DNA of 14,995 nucleotides, from assembly GCF_000142905.1 (NCBI RefSeq), contig NW_013657627.1:145521-160515 (forward strand), read 5' to 3'. Of the stretch, positions 1-8,566 are shown piece after piece (positions within the stretch are counted from its first letter, which is position 1; every line of letters starts with the position of its first letter). The stretch comes from Thecamonas trahens ATCC 50062 (taxonomy: Eukaryota > Protista > Apusomonadida). The translations under genes were made by a program, and so were the position numbers. The notes under the pieces were generated by a model. That model ran no database searches, was not told the DNA's origin, and worked only from the letters and a program-made list of their open reading frames with translations.

Positions 1-26
1 AAAACCCCCCCCCCCCCGCCCTCAGC

Positions 27-2216
27 ATGGCGGGAAGTACTAGCGAAGGCGGTGGGAAGGCGACAGATGCGATAGTTGTGGTTGTGGACGCGTCTGCACA
101 CATGTGTCCGTACTGGGAAGAGATGCACAAGGCGGTGTCCGAGGTCATTCGGCCGCTGTTGGTGCCGAGGACGGCGACGGCTGAGGATGTGAGCAAGTAC
201 ATGACTCGTGTGGCCACCATCTTTTTCAAGGACTTTCCTCCACATGCAAGCTATGTAGTCTCGGTCCGTCCCTTTACCTCCAAGCAGGTCACCTTTGAGC
301 GCCCTCTCGAAACCATCGACTTTACTGGCGGAGGATACGCTCACGGCCCCGTCGATGATGCTCTCCTCGCGGCCGCTGACATCCTCTCTCGCCTCTCAGC
401 ATCCTCAAACATCAGAAGAAAGGACATTGTTCTCGTTACCGCCTCAAAGCCTTATCCGCAAGGTGCTCTCATGGGCGATGCGGACGGCCCGCTCTCGTCG
501 GACGTCGTCATGAACCGCTTGGCAGGCGCCGGTATCGTCTTGTCTGTCATCGCCCCGCGGCCCATCGACGGCATTGTCGGTCGCGCCGCGGCCTCGACCC
601 CGACCCTGCGTGGCACTATCTCCGTTACTTCGACACCACGGCTGTACAAGGAGATCCAGGGCTCAATCGCCGCCAAGCCGTACCGCTGCCACATCCTCAA
701 GCTTCCGTCGGGCGTCTCTGTCCCGGTCCTTCTCCGCTCGGCAACCATGGCCGGTGCCAAGAACGTGGCCAAGCCGCCGAACTCGCAGGAGCTCGTCGCC
801 ATCTCCAAGCCATCTCTCGCACCCGTCGCCGCTGTCGGCCACTGGTGCCTCAAGCTGGCGCACAGCGCGAGCCCGGAGGAGGACAGGGCATGGAAGGCTT
901 TTTTCGCTGACATGGACCCCTCCAACTGCAGCGCTCAAGCGTACCCTGCCATTCAGGTCAAGTACAACAACGGTGCCAACACGGCGCCTATGCTGTTTGT
1001 CGTGGGCAAGAACCAGCTGCCGTTTCTCCACGTCGCCGCCCTCGCGCCCCGCGGCATCCTCCGCCTCGAACGCAAGTCTCGCAAGGCCACAGATATTCCT
1101 GTCTTCTTCAAGGCCACAAGGCAAGGCGCGTGGTGCCCCGAAGCCGGTACTGTCCTCGAGGCCAAAGCCGTTCTCACGCATGTCAAGAGTGCCTCGGTCG
1201 AGCCGTGGACCATCGTCATGCAAGCACCCGATGAGGTCGCGACCAAGCACCTCGCCAGCATCCATGCCAACCTTGTGAGCAAGCATAAGAGGGCTATCCC
1301 AGACGTGGACACAGCCTTGGCCTTTGACATCAAGATGTCGACAGGCAATTCCATGACTCTCTTCCTCTTGGCCCGAGACAAGGGCTTTGTTGTCATTCGC
1401 GGCACTCCCGTCACCACTCGCTCCGTGCCGCCGCACCACACTCAGCGCGATGTCCAGCCTCAGCCTGTTCCTCGCCGCCCGACCCGCCCCCATCTTGATC
1501 CGGCCAACTTTGCCCGCCCAGCTGTCGCACAGTCGCTGGCTGCCAACGCCCGCCACCCGCCCCCACCGTCGCTCATGCCGACCATGGCCTCGGCACAGAC
1601 ATCGATCCCCTCGCTCAACTCGTACAACAGCTCACCAAAGCTGCCCAACATTCCCACTGCCAACAGCTACGTCTCGCCGCCGCAGGCTAACTACTCGGTC
1701 AGCTACGCTGCCGCCGGCCTTGCCCCTCCGCAGCCGGTCCAGACTCCGCCCGCCACCCACACCCGCGGCCTGTTCTCGCGCGCGCCCACGGCATCTCGTT
1801 CCTCAGCCATCTCGTCGCTACAAGACCCGTCCACCTTCCCCGCACATCAGATGCCGCCGGCGCCCGCGATCCAGAGCTCGGTCTTTCCATCCATCCGGGC
1901 GCCCAACCCGCCGCCGGCCCGGCCGCCGCCGCCGACCTTGCCGAGCTACGAGCCGTTCTCGGGTCACTTTTCCCACCCCTCGCAGCCGATGCCCGTGCCT
2001 GTTGCCATGGATACCGTTCAGTCTGCTCCGCCGCCACCCAGCTCTGTGCCCACCAACCCCACCGACTTGCCAACGCTCAGCACCGACCCGACCTTTAGCG
2101 TCAATGATGCCTTTGGCTCGGACATGGGCGACTTCTTCAACCCCTCGTACGGCGCGTCGTCGTCCTCCACCTCGGTCCCCGCCACAGACGACTTTATCGA
2201 CGACATGCTTGCCTGA
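27..2216 (+). CDS. MED25: Mediator complex subunit 25-like protein: N-terminal Med25 VWA domain, probable ACID/SPOC-like barrel region, long Pro/Ser-rich tail
   Basis: Intact 729-aa ORF from an ATG in gcATGg context. The N-terminus follows the Med25 VWA pattern in order: IVVVVDASAHMCPYW, PFTS, LETIDFTGGG, DALLAAADIL, DIVLVTASKPYP, LSVIAPR. Residues ~219-460 look globular, and ~465-729 are Pro/Ser/Ala-rich with an acidic-hydrophobic end (DDFIDDMLA). Confidence 0.8.
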   Translation: MAGSTSEGGGKATDAIVVVVDASAHMCPYWEEMHKAVSEVIRPLLVPRTATAEDVSKYMTRVATIFFKDFPPHASYVVSVRPFTSKQVTFERPLETIDFTGGGYAHGPVDDALLAAADILSRLSASSNIRRKDIVLVTASKPYPQGALMGDADGPLSSDVVMNRLAGAGIVLSVIAPRPIDGIVGRAAASTPTLRGTISVTSTPRLYKEIQGSIAAKPYRCHILKLPSGVSVPVLLRSATMAGAKNVAKPPNSQELVAISKPSLAPVAAVGHWCLKLAHSASPEEDRAWKAFFADMDPSNCSAQAYPAIQVKYNNGANTAPMLFVVGKNQLPFLHVAALAPRGILRLERKSRKATDIPVFFKATRQGAWCPEAGTVLEAKAVLTHVKSASVEPWTIVMQAPDEVATKHLASIHANLVSKHKRAIPDVDTALAFDIKMSTGNSMTLFLLARDKGFVVIRGTPVTTRSVPPHHTQRDVQPQPVPRRPTRPHLDPANFARPAVAQSLAANARHPPPPSLMPTMASAQTSIPSLNSYNSSPKLPNIPTANSYVSPPQANYSVSYAAAGLAPPQPVQTPPATHTRGLFSRAPTASRSSAISSLQDPSTFPAHQMPPAPAIQSSVFPSIRAPNPPPARPPPPTLPSYEPFSGHFSHPSQPMPVPVAMDTVQSAPPPPSSVPTNPTDLPTLSTDPTFSVNDAFGSDMGDFFNPSYGASSSSTSVPATDDFIDDMLA

Positions 2217-2350
2217 TCTGGAACTGTAGCCATCTCACAAATGCATGAGCCGTAAGCCCCTCCCTCCCCTCCCCTCCCCTCCCTGCCACCGCCAGTCATC
2301 GCGCCTGTCGCCCACGCACCGCCACCTGTCGCCGGCCGCTGCTCGTTGCC

Positions 2351-5211
2351 ATGGCCACCGCCGCATTCCATGTGGGCCAACGGGTTGTCCTCGACACAGC
2401 CAGACGTCCCACCTCCTCTACCGACACAAACCCATGTCCTCTTCAAGGCCGCATCCTCTACATGGGTCCGCTGCCGCCCCGCCCCTCGCCACCTTCTCCG
2501 CCGCCGTCCCACCCAGCACCGACTCGGCTCCCGGCGCCTGACTCGCCGCCTTTGTCGCCTGCCGCCGCAGCTGCTGATTCCGACTCGCTGTGGCTCGGCG
2601 TAGAGGTGGGCGAGGCTCAGGGTACCACCGATGGTCTCTGCCATGGCATCCGCCTCTTCTCCACTCCAGATGGGAAGCGATCAGCTCGGATCGTCCCTGC
2701 CTACCGCGCCCGCCCGCTGCCCGACGACAGCGACTCCCTTCTGGATGCTCCAGAAGTTATGGCAAGCAAGCGCACGCCTGCTCGTGGCGCTGCTCGTGGT
2801 TGTAGTCGTGGTCGTGGCCGTTGGCGTCGTCGCTCCCAGAGAAGTCCGGCATCGACGGCTCCTCCGCCGCAGCCCAAAGAGGCGCCAGCCGAGACAGGGA
2901 CCTATGTCGCGCTGCATGATGGCCTGCCTGTCCCGCTCCCGGTACGGATTCCGGGGACAGATGCAATGACCATTCCACTCTCGACCGGAGATCGTGTCTT
3001 TGTTGCCATTGCATGGCCGTCGTGGTACTCGCGCCCGCGGTGGCGCTTGGGCCCACCGGCCGGCACCGTCCGCTACTGCGGAGCCGTCCGCTTTGATGTC
3101 GATGACGCGCTACCAGGCAATCCTATCTGGGTCGGCATCGAGCTTGACGAGCCTATTGGCAACACAAACGGTGTTGTCCGTGGCGTCCGCTACTTTGACT
3201 GCCACCAAACCCGCGGCCGCCTCGTGCCCATCCGTAACGTTCGCCGGGCGCCTCCAGGGATTCCTGCGCCGCGCGCCCGCCGGGTCGACGTCGCCCATCC
3301 GACGCCTACCCCTGAGCCAGCGCCCGAGAAGTCCTGGGACGCAGCGGTTCCTCTCCGGCCCAAATCCCGGTCGCCAAAGCGTGTTATCGGCTCCGCCGCT
3401 CTCGCAGCCTATCCGATCGGCGCGCGGGTCGTCGTCGACGCTGCTCTGCCGTCTGCCGCCGCCGCCGGCCTCAACGGCCACTCGACAGCGCTCATCGGCT
3501 CAGTGGTCTATTGCGGTTCTGTATCCTGGGCCGCCTCCACTCGCGACAGCGTGTGGGTGGGAGTCATTCTCGATGAGCCGTTTGGCAACACCACCGGCGC
3601 CGTCAACGGCGAGGTATTCTTCCGCTGCCCGAAGCGCTACGGTCGCTTTGTGCCGGCCTCGCTCGTCCGCTCTGCGCCTGATCTACCGCCGGCCTCGTGT
3701 CAAACACTACCGCCACCAGCAGAACCAATCGTTGACGAGGCTGCTGCCGCCTCCGTCGCTGACGATGAGCCCCTGAGCTGGACGCTGACACTGCTGTCGA
3801 CAGCGGCGACGAGATACTGCTGGCCGACGAGCCATACGTCCTCCACCGAGACGCCACGTCCACCTCGTCTGCCGTCGAGCTGGTGCTTGCCTCGCTAGTC
3901 GAGGGCAGTGTCGGCATACAGCTCCCAACCGTCGACGAGGCAAGAGGCGTGGTTGCGGCGGCTGCCGCCGCCCTCTCGGCGGGTGCAGGCCAACTCGCAG
4001 ACCTTGATCCGAACGAGCAAGTTGTGCTTGCTGCCAGCGTGCTGGCCAACGCCCCGGTCATCTTGTCGGTGCAGGAGGGGAGCTCAGCGTCGGTCTGGTT
4101 TGACGCTGTCGCCGCTGAGCTCGACGCAACACCTCCGGCACGGGTCTTCTTTGTTCCGGCCGACAGAGCCGATTCGGTCGGAGCAGGACGGCTGTATGCG
4201 CTGGAGGCAGTCGAGGACGTGGGGGGCCTGCGGATGGTCATGGCTCGCGGTCATCAAGAATGGCAGTCACCCTCGGCGCAGTGGCACTCGAAAGCGCAGG
4301 CGTGGAGTCCGCAGCTCCGGGCTGTCTTTCGCGCACCGGGTCTGCCGGATGCAACCACCTTGCGAATGACCGGCCGCGAGCTTGCAAGCGACGGGCGCTC
4401 CCTGCTGCGTGTGCACACCACCGGCTTGGAGCCCACTGCGTGCGCGTGGCGCTGGCCGCCGCGCGGCCGCTCGCATCCGGGCCTCCTTACCGTAGTCTCT
4501 GCGAGCTCGGCCTTTGTGCGGTGGCGTGCACCCGAGGCGTGTGCCATCGGTGCCAAGGTCTCGTGGACGGTGGCGCTTGCTCCGACAGCCCGCCCGCTGG
4601 AGCGCATCATGCCGTGCTCCGGAAAGCGGGTGCTGGAGCTGTGGCACACTGCCGAGTTCCGCGGCCTACTCCGCGGCACGTATATGATCATTGCAACAGC
4701 TGAGACAGCAGCGTCTGAGCCGGCGCTCGAGCGCCAGGTATCGATGGTCATCGACGTGGTACCGGAGAAGGCACACGCGCTATGGGGTAACGACGCCGTT
4801 GCCGCCACGCCGACTCCGCTCGACTGCGCCACCGGCGAGCCTCCGCCTACAGGATCGCTGGCGGTTATGCTGGGGCGGGCGCTGGTCGATGCTGCGGCTG
4901 CGTCTGGTCGGATCAAGATCCACGGCGCCGGCCTTGTCACTCGCCTGCTTGACTACGGCGAGGGAGTAGTGGTGGTATGTGCCAACCCGGACGATGCGCT
5001 CGGCCCGGTTCATGTCTCGTGGATAGTCCGCCTTGGCATCGGTGTTGTCGTCGCCTGTCATCCGTGTCTCGCAGTGAGTCAGCTCGAGGGCGATGTGGTC
5101 GAGATTGGCGGGAGCGTGCCGCCCGGTACACGCGCCTTTGCAGTGGTGGAGGACGGCTATGAGGTCGGCGACCACCGTGTGTTGGTGCTTGACGAGTGGA
5201 TGTCGGCTTGA
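2351..5211 (+). CDS. Protein with three CAP-Gly domains, probably continuing through a frameshift or small intron near 3770 into a degenerate calpain-like C-terminal region (about 953 aa if joined by one extra base)
   Basis: ORF 2351..3898 has three CAP-Gly repeats: WLGVEVGEAQGTTDG...RLF (nt ~2366-2716), GTVRYCG...WVGIELDEPIGNTNGVVRGVRYFDC (~2978-3247) and GSVVYCG...WVGVILDEPFGNTTGAVNGEVFFRC...GRFV (~3410-3673). The frame of ORF 3883..5211 is open from 3769 and reads as natural protein (PELDADTAVDSGDEILLADEPYVL), but its first ATG is not until 4234. The CAP-Gly call is strong; the join is inferred. Confidence 0.65.
3766..3780 (+). other. Apparent frame-switch point in the CAP-Gly gene (C4 run at 3770-3773)
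   Basis: The upstream frame reads GAC GAT GAG CCC (DDEP). The downstream frame has TGA at 3766-3768, then GCC CCT GAG CTG GAC. One extra C gives GAG CCC CCT GAG CTG (E-P-P-E-L) and a continuous ORF to 5211. Confidence 0.55.
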
Positions 5212-5900
5212 CCGAAGTACTGGGCCACCAGCATGGCGAGACAGTCGACTCGTGGAAGGACCTCGTCAGGTCGGGCCTCAATCACCCGCAGCAGCGCCCG
5301 CAACAGGGCTCGCAGCGCTGCCACCGTGTCCGAACCAAGCGGCGGCGGGTGGATGGCCACCAGCAGAGCCCATGCCCAAACTAGCGCCTCTCCTTCGCTT
5401 GCCACCTGTTTGGTGACGCTCCACACCGCCTGAGTCACCTCTGCAGGCGACAGACGGCAGAGATCAGCCGTCCGCGGCAGAGCCCGCCAGTCCAGATCAG
5501 CGCAGGTCAGCGGGCTGTTCTCGGCGCTAGCCGCCACATCTCGCCGCCAGCTCGCACGGAGGACAGCAAACGCACGCAACGTCGCCACCACCCACTCTGG
5601 ATCGAACCATTTGCCTACGCGAGCGGCTGGGGACCAGATCTCGGCAGCGACTCGCTGGCCGTCAGCGGCCAGCTCGCCGTCGTCGCCTTGGCGCCACCCA
5701 TCGTCGCCGTCGGACCAGCCATCGTCGCCGCCAGAGTCGACGGGACGGACAACCGTAAATGCGTCAGGCACTTGTGGGAGGACGTTGCCGGCCTTGAGTG
5801 CACGGATGCGCGAGGTCAGCAGGAACGACGCGCCGTCCATGGGCTCTGCCGCCAGATCGATGTCGGCCAGACCGTCATAACCGGGAAAGGGCAGCGCCAT
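5157..5900 (-). CDS. GEMIN2: Gemin2 / SIP1-like SMN-complex protein (247 aa)
   Basis: ATG at 5900-5898 and TAG at 5159-5157. Gemin2-like motifs appear in the expected order: EPMDGASFLLTSRIRA (P-x-D/T-G/P-x-E-Y-L-like), PEWVVATLRAFAVLR, WAWALLVAIHPPPL (cf. WLYALLACLEKPL), AALRALLR, and the C-terminal LAMLVAQYFGQADI (cf. LVSRYFDQRDL). Comparison motifs are recalled, not searched. Confidence 0.8.
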   Translation of the reverse strand: MALPFPGYDGLADIDLAAEPMDGASFLLTSRIRALKAGNVLPQVPDAFTVVRPVDSGGDDGWSDGDDGWRQGDDGELAADGQRVAAEIWSPAARVGKWFDPEWVVATLRAFAVLRASWRRDVAASAENSPLTCADLDWRALPRTADLCRLSPAEVTQAVWSVTKQVASEGEALVWAWALLVAIHPPPLGSDTVAALRALLRALLRVIEARPDEVLPRVDCLAMLVAQYFGQADIHSSSTNTRWSPTS

Positions 5901-6133
5901 GATACCCCTCCGCACACACGTCTTGATCTTGTCCTGAACCTATTACTCGCACAGCCAACGAAATACTCTGTCTTTAACCCGTAAGGCAAATATGAGCCCT
6001 CTGTGAGGTCAGAGTGAGGTGTGCGACAAGTTGGCGGGCGGGTCGGTGGCGTGCGGGTCGGCGGCGTGTGCCGCGAGTCGCCCGACTCACCCAGACGCCG
6101 CCAAGTCGTCGCCCATTCGGCCTTGCGGGCGGG

Positions 6134-6178
6134 CGGGCGGCGGTGACACGGCAGGTACGACCAGGTGACGCCCCCCTC
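6134..6178 (+). repeat. Copy 1 of a ~45-nt direct repeat flanking the assembly gap
   Basis: cgggcggcggtgacacggcaggtacgaccaggtgacgcccccctc matches 6603..6648 apart from small indels. It is followed by a poly-C tract. Confidence 0.9.
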
Positions 6179-6335
6179 CTCCCTCCCCCACCCCCCCCCC
6201 CCCCCCCCCTCGCCAGCTGGGCCGTGGAAAGACGCCCGGCCCATCTCCATCCTCACTGCTGTGGTGTAAGCTCTCTTTCCATCTGCGCGGCAACTGTCCC
6301 GACTCGAGAATTAGATTTGTGTCTTCGACTACGGG

Positions 6336-6435
6336 NNNNNNNNNNNNNNNNNNNNNNNNNNNNNNNNNNNNNNNNNNNNNNNNNNNNNNNNNNNNNNNNN
6401 NNNNNNNNNNNNNNNNNNNNNNNNNNNNNNNNNNN
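6336..6435. other. Scaffold gap (100 N)
   Basis: A run of exactly 100 N, the usual placeholder for a gap of unknown size. Confidence 0.99.
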
Positions 6436-6602
6436 ATAGCGGATCCTGACCATCTGATCTTGCCTCCGACCAAACCGTCGGCCGAGCTCCCCACAGTAGC
6501 TGTGAACGGGGCTAACACAAAGCACATATAGATGCTGGTCTCTCTCATGAGCGAGCTATCATATGGCCCGCGACAAGGGCCGAGTCCGTAGACCAGTCGT
6601 GT

Positions 6603-6648
6603 CGGGCGGCGGTGACACGCAGGTACGACCAGGTGACGACCCCCCCTC
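6603..6648 (+). repeat. Copy 2 of the ~45-nt direct repeat
   Basis: cgggcggcggtgacacgcaggtacgaccaggtgacgaccccccctc, followed by a long poly-C tract at ~6665-6691. Confidence 0.9.
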
Positions 6649-6736
6649 AAATGCAACAGGATTGCCCCCCCCCCCCCCCCCCCCCCCCCCCTCTTCTCCA
6701 CTCCTCTCCCTCAAGCACATTCGTCTGTGCGGAGGA

Positions 6737-8566
6737 ATGGCGGCAGCAAGCGGGAGTGTGGCTGCCCTGCGGGAGGTGCTTGCGGCGGAGGAGGCCGGAC
6801 GGGCTGAGCGCATCCGTGAGGCCGAGGCCAGACTGGTGGCTTTGCGGGCGTCGCTGGAGGACAGAGTGGCTGCGGCAAGGGAGGCGGCTGAGGCGCGGAA
6901 GGCCAGAGCTGACCGCATGCGGATCTCGCTGGCTGCAGCAGACGGCGAGGCGGCGGCGACGGCAGAGGCCGGCGGCATCGTGGCCGACGGCGAGGCTGCT
7001 GCTCGCGCCCGTCCGGCACTGGCCGATGCCGCCACGGGGACAAGCTCGGGCGGGGATGCCGTCTCGGGCCTCGCCCGGTCAGACGTGGTGGTTCATATGG
7101 TTGTCCGCCCGCGCCGTCGTGAGACGTACAATAAGGCGACGCAGACCCGCCCGCTGGCGGGCGAGGAGGCGTCGGGGCGGAGTGCGGCTGCGGCGGAGCG
7201 CTCCGGTGCGGACGGCACAGGTGTTGGTGGCGCTGAAGCTGGCAAGGCGCCAGACGCGGAGGAGGGCGATGACATGGCGCTGGCTGTGGCGGCGCTGGAA
7301 GCGGCTATGAAGAGTGTGCCGCCGGCCGAGCGGGAGGCGCTCGCGGAGACCCGGGCGTGTGCTGCGTTTGTGGGCAAGGCGGCGCGGCAGATGGAGCGCG
7401 TGCTTGTGGCAGAAGAGCGCGGCAAGCGGATCGAGGAGGGGCGCGAGGGCGGAGCCGACGAAGAGGAGAAGCGAGGACTCGACATTGCGGAGGTCTTTGC
7501 CATCGACGTGCGGAGCTCGGGCCGCGACGAGCGCGGGGTGTGCGCGCTCGACTGGTCGGACGCGTTCCCGGAGCTGTTCCTGGTCGGGTACGGAGACAGC
7601 TATGCTCGCGGAAACAACGCGTTTGCGCCGCGTGGGGCGGTTGCACCAGGCTACATGGAGCTGTGGTCGCTCTCGCTGCCGACAGTGCCAGAGTATGTGT
7701 TCCGTGCGCAGTCACCGATCACGTCTGCAGCGCTTGTCCGGCATCACGGCGGGCTTGTGCTCGGCGGAACACACTCGGGCCAGGTTGTGCTGTGGGACAC
7801 GCGGACCGGGCTGGAGACGCCTGTGGCGGCGACGCAGCTGGCTGGCGCCAACCACGGCGGGCCGGTGCGGTCTGCGGTGGTGGCCGGAACGGCGAACAAC
7901 TTGACGCTGGCGACCATCTCGGGCGACGGCGCATTTATCACGTGGGCGGCAGACTCGTTGGCAGCGCCGACCGAACGGCTCAACATCGGGTGTGCGCCGT
8001 CTTGCATGGCGTTTGGCTCGTCTTCGCCCAACTCGTTCTACATCGGCACCATGACCGGCTCGCTGTGGTCGGTCGAGCGGCACGGGAGCGGCAAGGGCCT
8101 CGCCGCCGAGTACGCGCACCACTCGGCCATGGTCTCTGCACTCTCAGTCTCGCCGCACACGGCGACGCTCGACTACGACCTCTTGCTAGCTACCTCGTTT
8201 GATTGGAAGACCTCGCTGTGGCGGTCGGACATGAGCTCTCCGGTCTACGTCTTTGACGAGTTTGTGGGCTACCTCTACGATGTGGCATGGAGCCCGCGGC
8301 ACCCGTCTGTCTTTGCCACGGCCGGCGCTCGCGGCCGCATCCAGCTGTGGGACCTCCTTGTCTCGCCCAAGGAGCCGGTGGCGTCGATCGGCATCGGCGA
8401 GAGCCTCACCGTAACCTCGCTCGCCTTTTCCTCTGACGGTTCTCGGCTCCTTGCCGGGGACACCTCGGGCCACACTGCGGTCATTCGCGTAACTGGCGCC
8501 GCCCCAGGTGACGATGACTTTGACCGCCTCGACGCCGTGCTCTCTGCTCTCGAGCAAGCTCTGTGA
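6737..8566 (+). CDS. DYNC1I: Cytoplasmic dynein-1 intermediate chain (609 aa from ATG 6737)
   Basis: N-terminal charged coiled coil (REVLAAEEAGRAERIREAEARL). LC8-binding motif ETYNKATQT, preceded by a Tctex-site-like strand. Roadblock/LC7-site-like helix EREALAETRACAAFVGKAARQMERVL. WD40 repeats typical of the IC: VCALDWSDAFPELFLVGY, PEYVFRAQSPI, LVLGGTHSGQVVLWDTR, LLATSFDWKTSLW, YLYDVAWSPRHPSVFA. Confidence 0.92.
   Translation: MAAASGSVAALREVLAAEEAGRAERIREAEARLVALRASLEDRVAAAREAAEARKARADRMRISLAAADGEAAATAEAGGIVADGEAAARARPALADAATGTSSGGDAVSGLARSDVVVHMVVRPRRRETYNKATQTRPLAGEEASGRSAAAAERSGADGTGVGGAEAGKAPDAEEGDDMALAVAALEAAMKSVPPAEREALAETRACAAFVGKAARQMERVLVAEERGKRIEEGREGGADEEEKRGLDIAEVFAIDVRSSGRDERGVCALDWSDAFPELFLVGYGDSYARGNNAFAPRGAVAPGYMELWSLSLPTVPEYVFRAQSPITSAALVRHHGGLVLGGTHSGQVVLWDTRTGLETPVAATQLAGANHGGPVRSAVVAGTANNLTLATISGDGAFITWAADSLAAPTERLNIGCAPSCMAFGSSSPNSFYIGTMTGSLWSVERHGSGKGLAAEYAHHSAMVSALSVSPHTATLDYDLLLATSFDWKTSLWRSDMSSPVYVFDEFVGYLYDVAWSPRHPSVFATAGARGRIQLWDLLVSPKEPVASIGIGESLTVTSLAFSSDGSRLLAGDTSGHTAVIRVTGAAPGDDDFDRLDAVLSALEQAL

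Noticed and set aside
2351-5211. CYLD orthologue (three CAP-Gly domains)
   Set aside because: No USP Cys-box or His-box is visible downstream, and the C-terminal half looks calpain-like instead.
5901-5915. GTG-initiated extension (MRRGI) of the Gemin2 ORF
   Set aside because: Eukaryotic context; the first ATG at 5900 gives a normal-length Gemin2.
6563-6736. N-terminal extension of the dynein IC ORF from ATG 6563, including a poly-Pro run
   Set aside because: It translates the duplicated element and poly-C tract next to the gap. IC-like sequence begins at ATG 6737.
2351-8566. Functional cluster of microtubule genes (CAP-Gly protein near dynein IC, plus dynein-related AAA VWA8)
   Set aside because: Neighbouring genes are otherwise unrelated (Mediator, SMN complex, mitochondrial AAA). 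Proximity alone is not evidence without conserved synteny.
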